A stretch of DNA of 64,000 nt from an uncultured candidate division Zixibacteria bacterium (GCA_963806185.1 CAWDXE010000005.1:64001-128000), one strand, 5' to 3'; positions 41,254-53,552 are shown, counted from the stretch's first letter. Notes: generated by a model from the letters alone, not told the origin. A program made the numbers and translations.

Positions 41254-42228
41254 ATGAAAGTGATTATCCCGGTGGCGGGTGCGGGCACTCGTCTCCGACC
41301 ACATACGTATTCTCAACCCAAGCCGCTGCTGCATGTCGCGGGGCGGGCGATGATCGACCATATCCTTGATCCGGTGGTGAAGATCAAGCCGGACGAGGTC
41401 GTATTCGTCGTAGGGTTTCTAGGCGATCAGATTGAAGAGCATATTCGGCAGAAATACCAGTTTGCGGTCAAATTCGTGTCACAGAACCAGCTCCTGGGTC
41501 TGGGGTATGCGCTGGACCTGGCGCTACAGAGTATTGAGGGGGAAGAGATACTGATCATCCTCGGCGACACGATCGTTGATTTCAACCTTCAGGAATTCAT
41601 TTCGGCCGGCGACTATGTGCTGGGGTTACGTCAAGTCGATGACCCGCACCGGTTCGGAATCGCCGAAATCAAGAATGGGCATATTGTCGGGCTGGAGGAA
41701 AAGCCGGAGACGCCGAAGGGGAATCTGGCGGTGATCGGGTTGTATTATTTTCGCGACGCCCGGCTGTTCCGGAAGGTGCTGTCGGCGCATGTGGCATCGG
41801 GCAAGACCACCCGAGGCGAGATACAATTGACCGACGCACTGCAGGACATGATTCGCCAAGGGACAAGTTTCACGCCCTATCAGGTGAATGACTGGTATGA
41901 TTGCGGCAAGAAGGAGACGGTACTCTCGACCAACCGTCATCTGCTCACCGGGGTGAAGCCGCCGGTATCCTCGAACGGGTCATCGTATATTCCGCCGGTC
42001 TATATCGATCCGACCGCAAAGATCAAGTACAGTGTGCTGGGGCCGAATGTGTCGGTATCGGCGAACGCAGTGATCACCAGTTCGGTGATTCGGAATTCGA
42101 TTATCGGGGCGGACGCGGTGATTGAGAACATGATTATTGAGGATTCGATAATCGGTCAGCATGCGGTGGTGCGCAACGAGGCCAAGGTGCTGAACGTGGG
42201 TGACTCATCGGAAATAAGCCAAAGGTGA
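41254..42228 (+). CDS. Sugar-phosphate nucleotidyltransferase (glucose-1-phosphate thymidylyltransferase-like)
   Basis: PVAGAGTRLRPHT..PKPL, EKP, GEIQLTDAL, WYDCG, hexapeptide tail. Confidence 0.92.
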   Translation: MKVIIPVAGAGTRLRPHTYSQPKPLLHVAGRAMIDHILDPVVKIKPDEVVFVVGFLGDQIEEHIRQKYQFAVKFVSQNQLLGLGYALDLALQSIEGEEILIILGDTIVDFNLQEFISAGDYVLGLRQVDDPHRFGIAEIKNGHIVGLEEKPETPKGNLAVIGLYYFRDARLFRKVLSAHVASGKTTRGEIQLTDALQDMIRQGTSFTPYQVNDWYDCGKKETVLSTNRHLLTGVKPPVSSNGSSYIPPVYIDPTAKIKYSVLGPNVSVSANAVITSSVIRNSIIGADAVIENMIIEDSIIGQHAVVRNEAKVLNVGDSSEISQR

Positions 42229-42279
42229 CGAATTCGCCGCCGTCAGATATTGTGAATGGCAGAGAGGTGCAAAGGAACA

Positions 42280-44708
<2,429 letters not shown>

Positions 44709-44729
44709 GAATCGACGGCAGTATGTTTG

Positions 44730-44762
44730 AGCGGTCAGGCGATTGAGTCTGGCCGCTTTTTT
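44730..44762 (+). terminator. Intrinsic terminator
   Basis: AGCGGTCAGGC/GTCTGGCCGCT stem followed by a T run. Confidence 0.85.
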
Positions 44763-44779
44763 GTTGGTGGGGTAAGAGA

Positions 44780-45290
44780 GGAGCGTGAGGTCAGACGCCG
44801 CGAGGGCGCAGACCAGGACCTCACGCAACGTGTGAATGGCGTCGGGCTTCGACTTCGCTCAAGTCGACGGTAAGATCATCGAGGAGGAGGCGCGCGGTCG
44901 AGCATGTGGTGGACGAATGCAGATTTGAGGTTGCTTCGTCCCCTTCGGCTCCGCTCAGGGTCCTCGCAATGAGGATAATACAGAACAGACGCTCTCGCAC
45001 CCACCCTCACCCCAGCCCAAAGGGAGAGGGTGAAGAGAAGAGCGTCAGGTCACACGCCGCGAGAGCGCAGCGCAGGGCCTGACGGAACGGGTGAATGGCG
45101 GGATAAGGGCCCCATGGATTCCGGACCGTTGGTCCGGAATGACAATAGTGGCTACGCTTCTGAGATCAGCGAATTGGGAGATCATTTTGCGAGATTAGAA
45201 GGGCAAACCCCTTGTTAAATGGAAAATGGGGTTTGCCCTACGCCTGCTGAGATGCTGAAGCCGCTAAGAGGCGACTTCAGCATGACGAGT
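44780..45290. repeat. Cluster of mixed REP-like palindromic repeats
   Basis: 44913-44973 matches 466-526 with 1 mismatch; 45110-45145 is identical to 342-377; GTCAGGTCACACGCCGCGAG units as near 674. Confidence 0.88.
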
Positions 45291-45315
45291 AACTCGGAGT
45301 TGGATAGGGCCAACG

Positions 45316-45477
45316 TCAGCAACTGACGCAGCAACAATTCGGCGATTTTCCGTCCGCCGTCTTGTCGCCCGGCTTCGGCAGTTTCTCGGGATCGATCGTG
45401 ATCACCAGCTTCTTGCCGTCGTCACTGCGCGAAATCGTGCAGAACGCTTCGGCGTTCGATTCACAACAATCTGACAT
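45316..45477 (-). CDS. 53-aa Cys-rich mini-protein, candidate metal/metalloid-binding protein (not in the ORF track)
   Basis: MSDCCESNAEAFCTISRSDDGKKLVITIDPEKLPKPGDKTADGKSPNCCCVSC; very strong RBS AAAGGAGGTGA; directly downstream of the ArsR gene. Confidence 0.8.
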   Translation of the reverse strand: MSDCCESNAEAFCTISRSDDGKKLVITIDPEKLPKPGDKTADGKSPNCCCVSC

Positions 45478-45500
45478 ACTCATTCACCTCCTTTCAATCA

Positions 45501-45516
45501 ATAGACGAGCGTCTAT
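45501..45516. promoter_or_regulatory. Probable ArsR operator
   Basis: Palindrome ATAGACG-AG-CGTCTAT; degenerate copy ATAAACAACGTTCTAT at 45833-45848 over the ArsR start. Confidence 0.6.
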
Positions 45517-45534
45517 ATAAATGGGCAAAAAAAG

Positions 45535-45834
45535 TCAACGTTTCTTGATGACGATGTCAAGCGTTCCGAGCTGCACACCGCAGCATTCGATGATGGCGTC
45601 CTTGTTGTATTGATAGTAGACCTCCCGTCCGCGCTTTTCACTGGTCACCAGGCCGGCCCGCTTGAGGATGTCAAGATGATGGGAGATCGACGGCTGACTG
45701 ATCGCGAATTGTTCGACGATCTCAGTTACGTTGAGCTCCTTCTTCTTGAGCAGTTCCAGGATGGCCAGGCGGGTTCGGTCGGCCAGCGCCTGAAAGATGA
45801 AACAGCACTGTTCTTTGGGGTCGGTCATATTCAT
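45535..45834 (-). CDS. ArsR/SmtB family repressor with vicinal Cys pairs at both ends
   Basis: FQALADRTRLAIL, SQPSISHHLDILKRAGLV, GREVYY; EQCC and IECCG. Confidence 0.93.
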   Translation of the reverse strand: MNMTDPKEQCCFIFQALADRTRLAILELLKKKELNVTEIVEQFAISQPSISHHLDILKRAGLVTSEKRGREVYYQYNKDAIIECCGVQLGTLDIVIKKR

Positions 45835-45854
45835 AAACAACGTTCTATATGTCT

Positions 45855-45882
45855 ATACGTTGGCCGAGTGAGGAAAGTTCCG
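45855..45882 (-). promoter_or_regulatory. ECF-sigma-type promoter
   Basis: CGGAAC-N17-CGTAT upstream of the ArsR gene. Confidence 0.55.
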
Positions 45883-45914
45883 GAGAATTGTCCCAGATCG
45901 TTCAGATTTGATTT

Positions 45915-46026
45915 CCTGTACCGTCGGGTACAGGTCGCAGGGGGAATTGCCCGCCACTTGACGTAACGTAACATATTGTGATACAATCAATTAAGGCTAA
46001 CGATGCCTATTGGCATACCCTTTGAT
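45915..46026 (+). promoter_or_regulatory. Sigma-54-like promoter with upstream activator palindrome
   Basis: CCTGTACC-N4-GGTACAGG (TGT-N10-ACA) at 45915-45934; AT-rich tract; TGGCAT-N5-TTGAT at 46011-46026. Confidence 0.45.
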
Positions 46027-46078
46027 AATAGACTGGGTCGAGAGTAAACGGAAATTGCACACTACCCAGGAGATACAT

Positions 46079-47206
46079 ATGGTGCGAGGGTTCTTTTTAG
46101 TGCTGACGGGAGCCGCTATGATAGTGGCAGTCGGCTGTTCGGACAAGTCGGTCGCTCCGACCACGGAGGATGCCACGTTGCATGGCGGGTATTCCGCCAC
46201 GAATGAGGCACCCGCTTTTGGCGACGCCACGCTGCTTTCGGCGGCTGGCGCTGAAGACGTTTATCCTGACCCCCTGGTGGCCTCACCGTTGTGTGATTCG
46301 CTGTTGGGGTTGACCCGCGTGCATGCCTATCATTTCCGCGCGGTCTGGGGGCATCTGGTCTGCGATTCGACCGAAGAGGTAGTGACCAACTGGGACGGAA
46401 GTCTCGAGCTTTCGCGCGGCGTTGCCCTGTTGCGGCGCGTCATCGCGTTTGAGCCGGCCACTGACTCCGCACTGCCGCGTATCACTCGTCAGAAAATAGA
46501 ATGGGCATCATCGACCCGTCCGTGCAGCGACGGTATCGGGGTCGATCTGATAGTCCCGCCGTCACCGCTGGTGGTTGATACCAGCATGTTGATCGGCGAG
46601 AACAACGACACAACTTATGTATTCGATACGCTTCCGCCGGTATCGGCGACGCTTGCTTTCGTGACCGGCCCGTACTCGCGGATCTTCAACGAAGCGGAGT
46701 TGGCAGCGCTCGACACAATAATCGAGTTACCGGACGGCAACGCCATCTCGTTTACCGCCTTCCCGATCTATGAAGTGCTGTGCCCGCGCGGATCGCTGAC
46801 CGGAGACTGGACGTACACGGCGGACAGCCAGGGCACGTTTATCGGCACGTGGCGCGACAACCATGGTTTCATCTCGGGGTATGTACGCGGTCATTTCGAG
46901 ATCGACGCCGACAGCCAGCATGTGTTTTACGGCAAGTGGATTGATGAATCGGGTCAATTTGAAGGATTCATTCAGGGACAATGGCGCGAGCGGCACTATG
47001 GTCGCGGCAACGGTAAGGGGATGCATCGCTTCGGCTGGTTTAACGGCGACGTACTTACTGCGGACAATGCGGTCATTGGTCGGGTCAAAGCCAAATTCAC
47101 GGCGGGGAAGGAATCCGATGAAGCCGGTTTCTTCCAGGGGCGCTGGAAAGTGAAGTGTATTGGTGAGTCGGGCGACTACGACGACCACATGGAGGACGAC
47201 GACTAG
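46079..47206 (+). CDS. Hypothetical lipoprotein with beta-rich G-x-W repeats
   Basis: RBS AGGAGA; lipobox AVGC; repeated F.G.W strands; acidic tail. Confidence 0.8.
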   Translation: MVRGFFLVLTGAAMIVAVGCSDKSVAPTTEDATLHGGYSATNEAPAFGDATLLSAAGAEDVYPDPLVASPLCDSLLGLTRVHAYHFRAVWGHLVCDSTEEVVTNWDGSLELSRGVALLRRVIAFEPATDSALPRITRQKIEWASSTRPCSDGIGVDLIVPPSPLVVDTSMLIGENNDTTYVFDTLPPVSATLAFVTGPYSRIFNEAELAALDTIIELPDGNAISFTAFPIYEVLCPRGSLTGDWTYTADSQGTFIGTWRDNHGFISGYVRGHFEIDADSQHVFYGKWIDESGQFEGFIQGQWRERHYGRGNGKGMHRFGWFNGDVLTADNAVIGRVKAKFTAGKESDEAGFFQGRWKVKCIGESGDYDDHMEDDD

Positions 47207-47510
47207 CTCACCGAGTTCAGAAAAATAAGCGTGCACCGTTCGTGACGCGGTATACGCAACAAACCGGCCTGGCGCCCGCGGTGTCAGGCCGGGACTTTTT
47301 TGGGGGAGTTTCTCGTTGAAGACGTAAGACGCCGGCAGTGGTGACGAGGAAATGATTGCTTCGCAGCCGGCCCACTTGGCGTCCGAGAAGACGCAGATGA
47401 AACCTTTTTGCGACGCCGGTGTTAAAAAGGAGAGAGAAACATACCCCCTCCTGTCTCTGTCCCTTGGACAGCCCAGCGTTGGGCAGGGTCGGCAACGACT
47501 CTGCCCAATG

Positions 47511-48356
47511 TCATTTCAGGGTTGAATCGAGGGAGGAGATCAGCGAATCCAGTTTGAATTCCTTGCCCAATTTTCCTTTGAGCAACACATAGAGGTCGCG
47601 GGCTTCGCGTTTTTTTGGGAACTCCTTTTGCGCGGCGAGGACATTGGCGAGATTCAGTTTGTAATAGGTGTTGGCGGTGTCTTTGGCCATCAGGCTGCGC
47701 AGAAGCGCTTCGGCTTGTTTGTACTCCCCTTTAGCGGAGAGAAACGTGGCCCGATTGCCGGTGAAGCGATCATCCTCGCCGAATTTTGCAATAGCGCTGT
47801 CGATGAGCATGAGGGCCACGTCAGGCGAATCGACCTGGGCCGCGTAATTGGCGGTCATTACCCAGAGGCCGGGATTACTGGTATCCTGGGTGAGTGCCTT
47901 GCGCGCCCAGTAGTAGGCGTTGCCGGCGTACTGCAGTTTGGCCCACAAATCGGCTTGTTCCGCGTAGTACTTGCTTTCCGGTTCACCGGACCCGATCAAC
48001 CCCTGAACGGCGGACAGGGCGACTTGCCAGTTCTCGATACCGGTGGCAACTTCGAGCAATTCCTGGTTGAGTTCGCGATCGGCGGGGTACAGCAGTTGTG
48101 CTCGCTTCAGGAAGATAAGCGCGGAATCGTATATCTGGTCGCGTCGGTAGGCCATGCCAATGAAATAGAGGACATCTCGCTCAGAAGGTTTCTCCTGGAG
48201 CACTTTGTGGAAGAAGACGCGAGCCTCTTTGTACTGCTTATTCAGGAAGGCTTTCTGGCCTTCCTTCTTGAGTTCTTCGACATTCATTTTATTGCTGCAG
48301 GCGGCGAGGCACAAGAGCAGCAGAACAATTGGGCCGCAGAATTTTGCGATGCGCAT
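47511..48356 (-). CDS. TPR-repeat lipoprotein
   Basis: Lipobox LAAC; several TPR-like helical repeats. Confidence 0.85.
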   Translation of the reverse strand: MRIAKFCGPIVLLLLCLAACSNKMNVEELKKEGQKAFLNKQYKEARVFFHKVLQEKPSERDVLYFIGMAYRRDQIYDSALIFLKRAQLLYPADRELNQELLEVATGIENWQVALSAVQGLIGSGEPESKYYAEQADLWAKLQYAGNAYYWARKALTQDTSNPGLWVMTANYAAQVDSPDVALMLIDSAIAKFGEDDRFTGNRATFLSAKGEYKQAEALLRSLMAKDTANTYYKLNLANVLAAQKEFPKKREARDLYVLLKGKLGKEFKLDSLISSLDSTLK

Positions 48357-48418
48357 ATGGGATGAGTATACCCAAATGTCGCTTGGAATTCAAGGGGTGC
48401 ACAAATACCTTAACGCCC

Positions 48419-49981
48419 ATGATTCGACTAATTACCGCCCTTTGGCTTCTTGCCGCAGGTTCTGTTTTGGCGATCCCGTGGCCTCTCCCCCAGCGGCCGG
48501 CTGTGGTGGTCGATCAGGATTCCGACCAGCGAAACGGCGCAGAGTCGGGACGGGATGCCGCGCTGGCTGAGGCGTGGGCGCGATACCTGGAATTCTATCT
48601 GAATGCGATCGGTTACCCGCCGGCAATAACGGCCACACATCGTGACTTGCTCTCAGCCAGGCAACTGGCGTCAGATTCAGGATGTGACATGTTGGTGTTC
48701 GTCGAGGTGTCGGGCGGATTCAGACACAAGACATCATTACAGGTGCTTGAGCATCGGCGTCATCGATTCGTCACTACCGGCGGATTGCTCGAACTGAAGG
48801 TGAAATATGCGCTGATGGAGCGGCGCGGCGAGACGTGGGTAATCGTCTCGAAGGGAACGGTGAAGGAGAGTGCCGATCCTGACTGGATTGACCGATTGGG
48901 CAGACCGGTCCCTGAAGCAGTGCGACAAGGGGCGCAACTTATGGCGGAGCCGATTGAATACGTACTTCAGCGATGTGCGGAGCGAGTGGTTGTGGAGATG
49001 GGTTTTCGAGCGCGTGACGCCCGATCAGCGGACACGGCGGCGCCGTCGATACCGATTGAAGTGGCCGCGGATCTCTCATACATAGCGGCCCATCGAAATG
49101 AATGGTCACAGCTGGCGGAGCTGACGGTGGGAACGGCGGCGGCGTTTTATGCGGCTGAATTCGGCGTTCGGGTTCACGCTATCGACGTGCAGCCGGCGCG
49201 CGCTTCATTTGGCGGCGCGGTGCCGATCAGGGATTTGTACGAAGCGCTCTCTTATCAGAACCTGAAGCGCGGTGATACGGTGCTGCTCTCACTCTACGCA
49301 TCGCCGAGCCCGATCGAGCACGCCCTCGGACGGGATCATGAGGAGATTGGTCTGAGCGAGACCGGGGAGAATTTGATCGTCGTGCGCGATCTTCCGGTAC
49401 CGCAATCGAGGGACTGGCGCTGGTCGGCCCAATTCACGGGATTGAATTTCGCTCACGAGCTGGGTCATCAGCTTGGGGCGATTCATGTCTCGGATGCGCG
49501 GTCGCTGATGAACCACACGCTTTCGTGGTTGGTGCCGGACGGTATCGATGAACTGAATACGGCCATCATCAAGGCGAAGCTAGAGCATCGGCTGCGTCCG
49601 ACAGATACGGCGGCTTACGCGGGATTTGTGGCGGCGACGATTGATTCGTCGGGGTACAATCTGGCGGACATTCCACAGTTCTTTTATCGCATGCTTCCGC
49701 TCAAGGAAAATTCCGCGGGGCCGAAGTCACCGTTTGCGCGGATCAAGCCGGTGTACTTTTTGGCGGCGCGCGGATATGGTCATCTCATTCATGGAGAGTT
49801 GCCGGCCGCGGCCGAATTGTTTCGGCAGGCGGTAGCCTCGGAGCCGGAGCAGGCGAGCCTGCATTACTACCTGGCCCATTGCACGGGGGGTGAAGAATCA
49901 CGAAGAGCGTGGCAGACGGCCGCCAGTCTCGGCTACTGGCAGGCACAGATTGCCATGAGCCAAAGCACACGCAAGCGCTGA
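48419..49981 (+). CDS. Secreted metzincin metallopeptidase with a C-terminal TPR
   Basis: Signal peptide; HELGHQLGAIH (HExxHxxGxxH) and an SLM Met-turn. Confidence 0.85.
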   Translation: MIRLITALWLLAAGSVLAIPWPLPQRPAVVVDQDSDQRNGAESGRDAALAEAWARYLEFYLNAIGYPPAITATHRDLLSARQLASDSGCDMLVFVEVSGGFRHKTSLQVLEHRRHRFVTTGGLLELKVKYALMERRGETWVIVSKGTVKESADPDWIDRLGRPVPEAVRQGAQLMAEPIEYVLQRCAERVVVEMGFRARDARSADTAAPSIPIEVAADLSYIAAHRNEWSQLAELTVGTAAAFYAAEFGVRVHAIDVQPARASFGGAVPIRDLYEALSYQNLKRGDTVLLSLYASPSPIEHALGRDHEEIGLSETGENLIVVRDLPVPQSRDWRWSAQFTGLNFAHELGHQLGAIHVSDARSLMNHTLSWLVPDGIDELNTAIIKAKLEHRLRPTDTAAYAGFVAATIDSSGYNLADIPQFFYRMLPLKENSAGPKSPFARIKPVYFLAARGYGHLIHGELPAAAELFRQAVASEPEQASLHYYLAHCTGGEESRRAWQTAASLGYWQAQIAMSQSTRKR

Positions 49982-50030
49982 GGAAGAGTGAGGAGAATTG
50001 ACATTGTCTCAAAAGCCCATACATTCCGAT

Positions 50031-50936
50031 ATGTCCAACCCGCAGGCATTTAGTTCGACAACGAAGGTGATGGCCCTGATACGTTTCGGGGGCGTTAAGG
50101 CCCGTTCGCTCGAAGCCTTGGTGCGCCGCTACGGCGATCTGGATGCGATTCTATCGGCTGACACCGGCTCTTTGATGAGTATCGACGGCATGTCGACTAC
50201 GGCCGCCGGCAAGATCGCAAAGACGGTGCGGCACCTGAAGGAAGCAGACGATTATCTTGCCGAATTGCGGTCGCGCGAGATCAGCCTGACGACGCGCTTC
50301 GACGAGGCGTATCCGGAAGTACTTTTCGAATTGAATGATCCGCCGACCATGCTGTATGTGCGCGGGCAGATGCCGGAGATTCGGCATAAGTCGGTCGCGC
50401 TGGTGGGCGATGAGCCGGCCTCGGACGAGGCACTTACGATGATGAGCAGGCTGAGTAAGACGTTCACCCAGGCCAAAGTCCAGGTGGTGGCGACACTGGT
50501 TGGCGGCGCGGACGCGGCGGCACATCTGGCGGCCCGAGCGGCGGGGGGAAAATCGTACGCCGTGATCCCGACCGGGTTTGATCAGCTGGACGGTTTAGAG
50601 TTACGCACGCTGGCAATCGACATCGTCAATGCGGGCGGGGTAATCTCCGAGTTTCCGCCGGAAGAGAAGTCGGGTGACACTCATTTTGTGCAGACAAATC
50701 GCATTCTGGCCGGCCTCTCTCACGGAGTGGTGGTCACCGAGGTTCATAAACAATCGGCGCGTGTGCGCGACGTGCTGACGTTCTGCAATCAGATCGGGAA
50801 ACTGGCCTTTGTCATGATCGACCCGGCCCTGGGGGCCTTTGCCGACGATGAATCACTTGCCTTTGCGATCGATCACGGGGCGATTCCGATCACCGGCTAC
50901 GATCGCATCGGCGACATTATTCGTTCGCTCGTGTAA
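50031..50936 (+). CDS. Divergent DprA/Smf-like protein
   Basis: YPEVLFELNDPP.LYVRG, AAHLAA, GGVISEFPP, F..TNRILAGLS; core DprA motifs are altered. Confidence 0.85.
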   Translation: MSNPQAFSSTTKVMALIRFGGVKARSLEALVRRYGDLDAILSADTGSLMSIDGMSTTAAGKIAKTVRHLKEADDYLAELRSREISLTTRFDEAYPEVLFELNDPPTMLYVRGQMPEIRHKSVALVGDEPASDEALTMMSRLSKTFTQAKVQVVATLVGGADAAAHLAARAAGGKSYAVIPTGFDQLDGLELRTLAIDIVNAGGVISEFPPEEKSGDTHFVQTNRILAGLSHGVVVTEVHKQSARVRDVLTFCNQIGKLAFVMIDPALGAFADDESLAFAIDHGAIPITGYDRIGDIIRSLV

Positions 50937-51556
50937 TGCCTAAGGACACTGACAGTTATTTCACGGTCGCATCCGAGGCGACGGTGGAAATCAAGATCAA
51001 GGCCTCACGTTTCATCGGGGAGGTCTGTCCGGCGTCCACGCTTGACGAAGCCCTCATTCAACTGGAAGCCATCCGCAAACGGGAATACGCCGCAACTCAT
51101 CACTGTTTCGCCTGGCGGGGCGACGCCGCCAGACCATCGGAATTCAAATACTCGGACGATGGGGAACCATCCGGAACGGCGGGCAAGCCGATTTACGATG
51201 TATTGTGTGGTGCTGGGCTGGTGCGGACGTTGGTCGTGGTCACACGGTACTTTGGGGGCACCAAGCTGGGCACCGGTGGGCTAGTCCATGCATACGGTGA
51301 CGCGGCGCGGGCGGTGTTGCAGCAGGCGGGCTCTCGAGAACATTTTCTCACTTTCACATTCCGCCTTAAATTCAATTATTCCCTGTACGACCAACTCAAT
51401 GTGAAGCTGCACAAGCTGGAAGCGACGGTGCTCGATAGCCAGTTTGCCGATACAGTGACGTTGTGCGTTGAAATACGACGGAGCCGCGATGAGCAGTTTC
51501 AAGCGATGTTTATGGAACTGACCGCCGGGAAGGGCATCTGTGAGCGTATCGGCTAG
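50936..51556 (+). CDS. yigZ: YigZ/IMPACT family protein
   Basis: KASRFIG, ATHHCFAW, SDDGEPSGTAG.P, VTRYFGGTKLGTGGL. Confidence 0.95.
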   Translation: MPKDTDSYFTVASEATVEIKIKASRFIGEVCPASTLDEALIQLEAIRKREYAATHHCFAWRGDAARPSEFKYSDDGEPSGTAGKPIYDVLCGAGLVRTLVVVTRYFGGTKLGTGGLVHAYGDAARAVLQQAGSREHFLTFTFRLKFNYSLYDQLNVKLHKLEATVLDSQFADTVTLCVEIRRSRDEQFQAMFMELTAGKGICERIG

Positions 51557-52466
51557 AGAGAAACGAATCGACGTGCTGGGGCTGGGTATCATGCCGATCG
51601 ATATCCTGCTGACAGTGCCGTATTATCCGGAGTCGGGGGCAAAGATCGACGCAACCGCATTCTGTCTCCAAGGGGGCGGGCCGGTTCCCAACGCGCTGGT
51701 CGGGTTGTCGCGGCTGGGCTGCCGCACGGCGATCATTGCGGCGGTCGGGAATGATTCGATGGCGCAGGTGCACCTCGACGAATTGAAAAAGGAAAAGGTA
51801 GACGCGCGGTACTTGGTGCACAAGAAAACGGCATCCGACACGGCATCGGGGATGATAGAAATCGGCACGGGGAGGCGGACGATTGCGCTGTATCGTCGGA
51901 CGAGTATTCGTCCGAGCGATCTTAAGCCGCTCACCTATCCCCGGCCGCGGCTCGTGCATCTCGACGGTCGCGATCTGGATGCATGCATCAAGCTTGCCCG
52001 ATGGGCGAAGCGAGCAGGTGCGCTGGTATCGTTTGACATCGGGTCCGTGCGCAATGACGTCTCGCCGATTTTTCCGTTGGTTGATCATCTGGTGGTGGCA
52101 GACGCGTATGCGTTTTCGTTTACCGGCGAGACAGAGGTGCGGAAGGCGATTGGTGAACTTCGCCGTCACTGCGCGGGGACGATTGTGATCACGGAAGGAT
52201 TGAGAGGTTCGACGGGACTCGAGCAGGACGAGTGGGTATACCAACCCGCCTATCGCGTGAGCGCCGTAGACACGACTGGTGCGGGAGACGCATTTCACGC
52301 CGGGTATTTGTACGGCCTCTTGCGTGGAGACAGACTGGCGGAACGGTTGAAGCTGGGGGCGGCGGTGGCGGCACTCAAATGCACCGGCCCGGGCGCGCGC
52401 ACGAGTCTTCCCAGCCGGGCGAAACTTCGGGCCTTTCTGAAAAACCTGCCGGAGGCGTATGCTTGA
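51540..52466 (+). CDS. PfkB family sugar kinase
   Basis: GGGPVPNA and DTTGAGDAFHAG. Confidence 0.92.
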   Translation: MSVSAREKRIDVLGLGIMPIDILLTVPYYPESGAKIDATAFCLQGGGPVPNALVGLSRLGCRTAIIAAVGNDSMAQVHLDELKKEKVDARYLVHKKTASDTASGMIEIGTGRRTIALYRRTSIRPSDLKPLTYPRPRLVHLDGRDLDACIKLARWAKRAGALVSFDIGSVRNDVSPIFPLVDHLVVADAYAFSFTGETEVRKAIGELRRHCAGTIVITEGLRGSTGLEQDEWVYQPAYRVSAVDTTGAGDAFHAGYLYGLLRGDRLAERLKLGAAVAALKCTGPGARTSLPSRAKLRAFLKNLPEAYA

Positions 52467-53049
52467 GTGGTTGAATCAGATTGACGTGGCGCTGTTCCAC
52501 GCGATCAATGTCGGCCTGGCGAATCCGGTGACCGACTTCATCATGCCGATAGTCACCAATGATTACGTACTCCGGACCTGTTTTGCCATGGCGATGGTGA
52601 TTCTGTTTTGGCGAGGAGATCGGCGGGTTCGCTGGTCGGTGCTGTTTGCGGCGCTGGCGCTGGCGATTTCGGATTGGACATCCTCAAGCCTACTCAAGGA
52701 TATGGCGCAGCGACTTCGCCCCTGTCATGTGCTGACGGATATACACTTGTTGGTGAACTGCGGCGGGGGGAAGTCGATGCCGTCGTCGCACGCCACCAAT
52801 GCGTTTGCGATTGCGGCGTTCTATGGCATACCCTTCAAGCGGTACCGATGGCCACTGGTTTGCATAGCCGCGCTGATTGCCTTGAGTCGGGTGTTTTGCG
52901 GTGTGCACTATCCCGGAGATATCGTGGTGGGGGCGGCGGTGGGGATCATCGTCGGCGCGATTATGACTTCCCTATTCAAGATGGTCACGACCAAATTCCC
53001 CGGCCCCGGCAAAGCGGATGAGACAGCTACCCCGGCCAAGGAGCACTAA
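52459..53049 (+). CDS. PAP2 family membrane phosphatase
   Basis: K......RP, PSSH, SRVFCGVHYPGD. Confidence 0.93.
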   Translation: MLEWLNQIDVALFHAINVGLANPVTDFIMPIVTNDYVLRTCFAMAMVILFWRGDRRVRWSVLFAALALAISDWTSSSLLKDMAQRLRPCHVLTDIHLLVNCGGGKSMPSSHATNAFAIAAFYGIPFKRYRWPLVCIAALIALSRVFCGVHYPGDIVVGAAVGIIVGAIMTSLFKMVTTKFPGPGKADETATPAKEH

Positions 53050-53549
53050 TGCCGATAGAGATTCAGATCGTCAAGGGGGACATAACCCACGCCGACACGC
53101 AGGCGATCGTCAACGCCGCGAACAACAATTTCTGGATGGGTTCGGGTGTCGCCGGGGCAATCAAAGCGGCCGGGGGTGTTGTGATCGAGGAGGAAGCGAT
53201 GCGCAAGGGTCCGGTAATGCCGGGAGAGGCAGTTTGGACGGGGGCCGGACAGCTGCCGTTCAAGGCGGTGATCCACGCGGCGGTCATGGGGCAGGATCTG
53301 CACACCAACGATAAACTGATTCGCCAGGCAACGATTGCGAGTCTCAATATTGCCGAGAAGCTCAAACTGGAGTCAGTGGCGTTTCCGGCGTTTGGCACCG
53401 GGGTGGGGGGATTCCCATTGCCGGCGTGCGCCAATCTGATGATCGGCACCGTGCGCAATTTCGAATCGATTGCCCATCACGTGAAGCGGGTGCAATTCTG
53501 CCTGTTCGACGAAGTCTCGTACAAGATCTTTCTGGATCGGCGGAAGTAG
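53049..53549 (+). CDS. Macro-domain protein (ADP-ribose binding or hydrolase)
   Basis: GDIT, AIVNAAN, GSGVAGAI, VIHA, AFPAFGTGVGGF. Confidence 0.95.
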   Translation: MPIEIQIVKGDITHADTQAIVNAANNNFWMGSGVAGAIKAAGGVVIEEEAMRKGPVMPGEAVWTGAGQLPFKAVIHAAVMGQDLHTNDKLIRQATIASLNIAEKLKLESVAFPAFGTGVGGFPLPACANLMIGTVRNFESIAHHVKRVQFCLFDEVSYKIFLDRRK

Positions 53550-53552
53550 CGA

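Noticed and set aside
42229..42279. SAM riboswitch upstream of metK
   Set aside because: The gap is only about 50 nt and lacks SAM-I or SAM-II motifs.
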